Under the pieces are notes generated by a model. The model was not told where the DNA came from, did no database searches, and saw nothing but the letters and a program-made list of their open reading frames with translations. A program made the translations under genes and the position numbers. 32,210 bases of DNA from an uncultured Dehalococcoidia bacterium (GTDB lineage Bacteria; Chloroflexota; Dehalococcoidia; Lucifugimonadales; UBA3495). Positions 27,803-32,210 of this stretch are shown piece by piece (within the stretch, counting starts at the first letter, position 1; the number at the start of each line of letters is the position of its first letter). The DNA is taken from contig CAYVIG010000004.1 in NCBI GenBank assembly GCA_964451445.1, forward strand, positions 1-32,210, written 5' to 3'.

Positions 27803-29236
27803 CTAGGGTGTGAGACCCTCTCCCAGCAATTTCCAATAAGGCAGCACGATGATGAATAGCACCCCGATGGCGATCGCCGTCATGGCGATACCCATGCGGA
27901 CCACTTCCGAGGCCTTGATTTCGGCCCGTTGGTAGATGAACACACTCCCCGTGGCGCTAGCCGGGTAATAGACCACGGAGTCGCCAACCACCGTAACTGC
28001 CAGACCGCAGACTACGGGGTTCAACCCCAACGCCGCTCCGGTGGACATGGCCACTGGGATGATGAACGCCAGATACCCGGAGATGTTGGGCATGACGATC
28101 CGAACTGCCGAGGCCGCGCCGCACATGGCAAGCAGGATTAGCATTGGATAGCCACGAAGGCCTTCAACGCTCCCCACCAGTGTCTCGGCGAACCATTCAG
28201 CAGCCCCGCTAACTATCAGTGCGTTGGCCATAGATAAAGAGGACGCTATGACAAAAAAGTTTGTCCAACTCATGTTGGACTCAAATTCCCGCCAGGTGAG
28301 AAGCCCGATGCCTGGCATCAATATGACCGTCATGGCGATCAACGCTGGCACTGACGGATGGAGCCCGTGGGCAAAGTCTGTGAACCAGAGCAGCGCGGTG
28401 CCTACGGCTATCAACCCCGCCCTGATCTCTTTGCCCTGGATCGGTCCTGCCGTCAACTCCACCGCCTGAGCCCCTTCAGGTAGATTGAATCCTGAACGGT
28501 ACGCCAGATAAACCCACAACCCGCCAAAGATTAAAATCAGGTAGAAAGGCACTGCCATCAGGATGAACCACTTGGTCCAAGAGAAGTCGTCAATCATGCC
28601 AAAATCCGCGATCAGCGCAGATGCCACCACTGGAGTTATCCCACCCGCCAAAAGGGCGGTAGAGCCAAGACGGTTCAACCCTCCCATGGCGATCATGACT
28701 GCCTTATTCAAGGGCGAGGTCTTTTCAACACCCCAGCGCTCCATCACATCTTCGTAGATGTGAACCATTATGGCGCCGCGGGTGCTGGCTGAAGGCAGAG
28801 CGAAGGTCAGTCCAGCAAATGCAGCCAGCATCTGGGCGTAGAGCATCTTGGGGTTCCCGCCCGCGAACCGGATGATGTAGATCGCTAACCGCTGCGCCAG
28901 ACCAGACTGATGTACCCCAAGCCCCAGAGTAAGGATGCCGACCAAGAAGTAGGTCACCGGCTGGGAGAAACCGTACAGGGCCGCGTCTAAATCAGGAACG
29001 CCATCGACCAAGACCAGCATGACGATACCCAAGATGGCGGTCACAGCGATATGCAGCGTCTCCATGGCCCAGAGGACCACGGCAAGAGCCATTACAGCCA
29101 AAGCCCGTTGGCCCTCGTCGGTCAACCCCTCTGGGTTCGGGGCCAGGATCACCGCCAAGAATACGGCAATCGGTAACCCAAATCGCAGGGCGACCGATTT
29201 GGGGTTCATATCGCGGATGCTAAGTAGATCGATCAA
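27803..29236 (-). CDS. SLC13/DASS family anion transporter
   Basis: PEGLTDEGQRALAV..LAVVLWAMETL, SGLAQRLA, LPSASTR, W.KW, LTWREF, SGAAEW; many TM helices. Start uncertain (TTG 29236 or ATG 29209). Confidence 0.85.
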   Translation of the reverse strand: MIDLLSIRDMNPKSVALRFGLPIAVFLAVILAPNPEGLTDEGQRALAVMALAVVLWAMETLHIAVTAILGIVMLVLVDGVPDLDAALYGFSQPVTYFLVGILTLGLGVHQSGLAQRLAIYIIRFAGGNPKMLYAQMLAAFAGLTFALPSASTRGAIMVHIYEDVMERWGVEKTSPLNKAVMIAMGGLNRLGSTALLAGGITPVVASALIADFGMIDDFSWTKWFILMAVPFYLILIFGGLWVYLAYRSGFNLPEGAQAVELTAGPIQGKEIRAGLIAVGTALLWFTDFAHGLHPSVPALIAMTVILMPGIGLLTWREFESNMSWTNFFVIASSLSMANALIVSGAAEWFAETLVGSVEGLRGYPMLILLAMCGAASAVRIVMPNISGYLAFIIPVAMSTGAALGLNPVVCGLAVTVVGDSVVYYPASATGSVFIYQRAEIKASEVVRMGIAMTAIAIGVLFIIVLPYWKLLGEGLTP

Positions 29237-29363
29237 AGTGATACGTAGGCAAATCGGTAACTAGAAGAAAGGATGTTGGAGCCCGGTTTCCATCATCGGT
29301 CAGGCTGATCAAACAAAACCTCGGCTCACGATATCTTCAAGCGCACCTACTCTACTCCAGGTA

Positions 29364-29414
29364 GTAGGGTGATACAAGACAACCTCCAATAAAAGGCCCC
29401 CTTGTCTTACCTAC
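29364..29414. repeat. GTAG-type REP-like inverted repeat
   Basis: GTAGGGTGATACAAGACAA...TTGTCTTACCTAC; shares TGTCTTACCT with the palindrome at 30684-30729. Confidence 0.45.
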
Positions 29415-29427
29415 GATTAATCTCGGA

Positions 29428-30201
29428 TTAAGAGACGCGGGGTTTCCGACCTTTCCGAGACAGGAAATCCTTGAAGCCGTCCTCAACGGTCAGGCCCTTA
29501 AAGCGGTCCTTCCGACCTTCGATCTCAGTCTGGAACTGGGTCTCCAGAGCTTCACCGGTGTGTTCGATCAAGAGCGACTTGATATTGGCCACACCTTCGG
29601 CCCGGTTCTTGGCGATACCGGCCGCCACTTCGATGGTGCGATCCATGAGATCGCCGGAGGGCACCAGGTGGTTAATTAGACCAATGTGGTAGGCCTCATC
29701 GGCAAATACTTCACGACCGCTGTAGAGCAATTCCTTGGCCTTGGGCCATCCAACCATGGTCGGCAGGCTCCAGGTCGCGTTCAATTGCCCGTAATTGACC
29801 GCCAGGAAGCGGAAGCTGGATTTCTCACAGCCCATCAAGAAGTCCAAACCGGTAGCCATGACGGTGCCGCCTCCGTAGCAAAGACCGTTGATGGCGCCGA
29901 TGATCGGCTTGGAGGAAATGGCCAGGTGCCAACTGTACTCGGCCCGTTTTGCCGCTCCCGCAGCCCGCTCCTCGTCGGAATTCTCCCGGTTCTCATGAAT
30001 GTCTGCGCCCGCAGAGAAAGCCCGCTCACCCGCGCCGGTGATGATGATGGCGCCGATGCTTTCATCCGCCTCAGCCTCGGTCACGAATTCGTCCAGTTCC
30101 CGCACCAGCTGCAGGTTCAACGCGTTCAGAACCTCAGGCCGGTTCAACGTCACGATGGCCACCCTGTCCGCCTGGTCTGTCTTGATCATCTCGAAGCTCA
30201 T
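29428..30201 (-). CDS. Enoyl-CoA hydratase/isomerase family protein
   Basis: LNRPEVLNALN, RAFSAGADI, KPIIGAINGLCYGGG; AGGAGG RBS. Confidence 0.9.
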   Translation of the reverse strand: MSFEMIKTDQADRVAIVTLNRPEVLNALNLQLVRELDEFVTEAEADESIGAIIITGAGERAFSAGADIHENRENSDEERAAGAAKRAEYSWHLAISSKPIIGAINGLCYGGGTVMATGLDFLMGCEKSSFRFLAVNYGQLNATWSLPTMVGWPKAKELLYSGREVFADEAYHIGLINHLVPSGDLMDRTIEVAAGIAKNRAEGVANIKSLLIEHTGEALETQFQTEIEGRKDRFKGLTVEDGFKDFLSRKGRKPRVS

Positions 30202-30368
30202 AGAGTCAATGCCTCCTAATCGTTACCAATTTAATGCCCTGAACCGTGCCAGACCATCGGTGAAAGACCGACTCTAGCGGACAGTGTTCCAGGCTCTAAT
30301 AAAACCATACCGAGCCTACAAAGTAAACTTCCCGCCGGGCCCCAACAGCCCTGACCATTTCACCTGTC

Positions 30369-30637
30369 AAGGGCATCACAGAAGAGAGTTTCCTGTTGAT
30401 AACATATCCGCAACTGACCTGCTACAACAACTCGCCGCCTTATACGTGCACCTATAAAACCCTTAGGACGCTGAAGGATTGCTGCTGAAAGCACGCCGAA
30501 TCATGGAAGACGCCTACGGTTCAGACGACCCACCCCTCAGGTCGATACTGGAACAGGCCGCTTCTTTATACCTGGAAATCGGCCGGGACGGTGAAGCCGC
30601 CGAGCTACAATCCGGAGCCGACGCGTTTCAACAGTAA
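30369..30637 (+). pseudogene. Degraded tetratricopeptide-repeat (kinesin-light-chain-like) gene
   Basis: DNISATDLLQQLAALYVHL*NP*DAEGLLLKARRIMEDAYGSDDPPLRSILEQAASLYLEIGRDGEAAELQSGADAFQQ*; internal stops at 30455 and 30464. The 5' boundary is approximate. Confidence 0.6.
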
Positions 30638-30683
30638 GATCCCAGAAACTCCGGTTAGTTTAGGCATGACATTGGGGTCCGTG

Positions 30684-30729
30684 ACCCTTCTGAGGTAAGA
30701 CAGCTCGAGCTGTCTTACCTCAGAAGGGT
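30684..30729. repeat. Perfect 46-bp palindrome with no loop
   Basis: ACCCTTCTGAGGTAAGACAGCTC|GAGCTGTCTTACCTCAGAAGGGT, 23/23 complementary. Confidence 0.95.
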
Positions 30730-30759
30730 TCCATAACAACAAGAACTACCACTCCTCCC

Positions 30760-30786
30760 CCGCTCATCCTAAGATTGCCGAAGGGC
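30760..30786. repeat. REP-like unit related to 17606-17632
   Basis: CCGCTCATCCTAAGATTGCCGAAGGGC versus CCGCTAATGGTGAGCCTGTCGAACCAT. Confidence 0.45.
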
Positions 30787-30796
30787 TTGTTTCTGT

Positions 30797-31732
30797 TTAG
30801 CCGTTCTTCTCAGCGTCTAAAATCGCCTTGATGGCGACTTCATCGGCACGAACCTCCACTCCGGCCCGCTCTTCCTGCAACAGCATTGCCACGCGGGAGT
30901 CGCGGCCACCCCAACCTCGATTTATGGCCTCGGTCATCTCCATCAGAGCCAGGTTGGCCAGACGCATGGGTACGTCATATTCCCGGCCCACGGAAACGGC
31001 TAGGTCCACGTCTTTGCGAGCCAGGTTCAGTGCGAAGTCCGGCGGATCGAAGTTGCCCGGCAACAGGTGTTCAGCCAGACCCTCAAACGTGCCTCGTCTA
31101 CCCTGTGCTCCTTTGCGTACTGCCTGCCATAGAGCCAGGGGTTCTACACCTGCTTTGACGCCCATGGTGAACACCTCTGCGAGGGCCGCCTGAACGACGT
31201 AGCCGGCACAGTTGTGCACCAGTTTGGCCACCGCGCCGCTGCCGATGGGGCCGACGTAGTAGGCCTGATCACCGATCGCGTCCAAAACGGGTTTGCAGCG
31301 GTCAAAGACGTCTTTGTCGCCACCGACCCAGATTGCAAGCTTGCCGCTCTCTGCCCCTCTTGGGCCGCCGCTCACCGGGGCATCCAAGACTTCAATCCCT
31401 CGGGCTGACGCTTCTGCATGTATCTTACGAATCATACCGGGGGTGCTAGTGCTCAGGTCAAAGTAGACCTTGCCAGCACTCATACCTTCCATGATGCCCG
31501 ACTCTCCGAGCGCCACCACTTCCACCTGGGTGGGGCCAGGCAGTGACGTGAATACGATCTCTGATCGCTCAGCCACCTCTTTGGGGTTTTCGGCCCAGGT
31601 CGCGCCTGCTTCCAAATGACGGGCGGCCACAGCCTGGTTGATGTCATGAACAACCATTTCATTGCCGCCACTCAGGGCGTTGAAAGCCATATGCCCGCCC
31701 ATGGTGCCAAGTCCGATGAATCCTACCTTCAT
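30797..31732 (-). CDS. NAD(P)-dependent beta-hydroxyacid dehydrogenase (3-hydroxyisobutyrate/tartronate semialdehyde reductase family)
   Basis: GFIGLGTMG, DLST, LDAPVSGG, G.GAVAKLVHN, F.LNLARKD. Confidence 0.92.
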   Translation of the reverse strand: MKVGFIGLGTMGGHMAFNALSGGNEMVVHDINQAVAARHLEAGATWAENPKEVAERSEIVFTSLPGPTQVEVVALGESGIMEGMSAGKVYFDLSTSTPGMIRKIHAEASARGIEVLDAPVSGGPRGAESGKLAIWVGGDKDVFDRCKPVLDAIGDQAYYVGPIGSGAVAKLVHNCAGYVVQAALAEVFTMGVKAGVEPLALWQAVRKGAQGRRGTFEGLAEHLLPGNFDPPDFALNLARKDVDLAVSVGREYDVPMRLANLALMEMTEAINRGWGGRDSRVAMLLQEERAGVEVRADEVAIKAILDAEKNG

Positions 31733-31901
31733 TAGTTCCTCCGCAGCGGGAATCTCCGCGCAATCTATGCCTTTTTAGCGTGGTTAACATAGCACGGCCA
31801 AACGCGGGTCGGCCACCGGGAAGACTTGCAGAACTGTTGATTTCTCTCCAGTTGAATACCGGTGATGAGATGTACCGCCAACTAACTGCTGTCTGGTGAG
31901 A

Positions 31902-32185
31902 ATGATTTCAACAGACTCTCCTAAATGTTGGGATAAGACTCGGACTGAGTCCGGAGCCAATGGCTCCGGTTCGGACGCGATACTCGAGGCTCCGATAGGG
32001 CGTTTGGGCCCAGGACGCCCCCTGGAAATCAGCTGTGGGTAAGAGGGAATACCTTTTGGCTTGCTGAGAACGGGTGGCAGGTAACGGCCGTGGGTTAATC
32101 TGCTGTAGCAGTCGAGAAGGGAATTCAGCTAGACTCGAAACAGGGAGTGAGCCATAGATTTCATTGTCGCAGACGCTTCGGAAGG
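31902..32185 (+). pseudogene. Degraded class I SAM-dependent methyltransferase
   Basis: MISTDSPKCWDK...LGPGRPLEISCG* / NTFWLAENGWQVTAVG*SAVAVEKGIQL..KQGVS / IDFIVADAS. Motif I and post-I are recognisable across two stops (32040, 32096) and two frameshifts. Confidence 0.7.
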
Positions 32186-32210
32186 TTCCCGAACAACGTT
32201 GGTCAGAGCA

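Noticed and set aside
1-32210. CRISPR array, tRNA/rRNA, transposase, integrase or phage genes
   Set aside because: No regularly spaced direct repeats or recognisable motifs were found by eye; a short RNA gene could have been missed without covariance searches.

Overview
Mostly housekeeping and catabolic DNA from a moderately GC-rich bacterium. A Chloroflexota (Dehalococcoidia/SAR202-like) origin is inferred from the F420-type enzyme, T-box riboswitch, paralogous enoyl-CoA hydratase/SDR/VOC/TPP enzymes and intergenic repeats; this was not searched. In order, the window holds: a TPP enzyme missed by the ORF track (runs off the left edge); PPOX-F420 oxidoreductase, HEAT protein, nnr and acpS; metF split by one in-frame TAA; enoyl-CoA hydratase; DUF167 and a dual-specificity phosphatase; a frameshifted small Zn-ribbon gene; a JAB/M67 protease followed directly by a 722-aa HExxH lipoprotein; a Ca/Na antiporter; leuB; glcDEF converging on an alanine-glyoxylate aminotransferase and an SDR; a Trp-specific T-box operon trpE-VOC-trpG-trpD-[DUF4258 toxin pseudogene/DUF2283]-trpC-trpF-trpB with no trpA; a cupin, a DASS transporter and a second hydratase; a TPR pseudogene; a perfect 46-bp palindrome; a beta-hydroxyacid dehydrogenase; and a methyltransferase pseudogene. 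No CRISPR array, rRNA, tRNA or transposase was seen. The best leads are the toxin-antitoxin cassette and VOC gene inside the T-box trp operon, the orphan JAB protease with the zincin-like lipoprotein and Zn-ribbon gene, and the palindromic repeats. None of these is proven novel from sequence alone.
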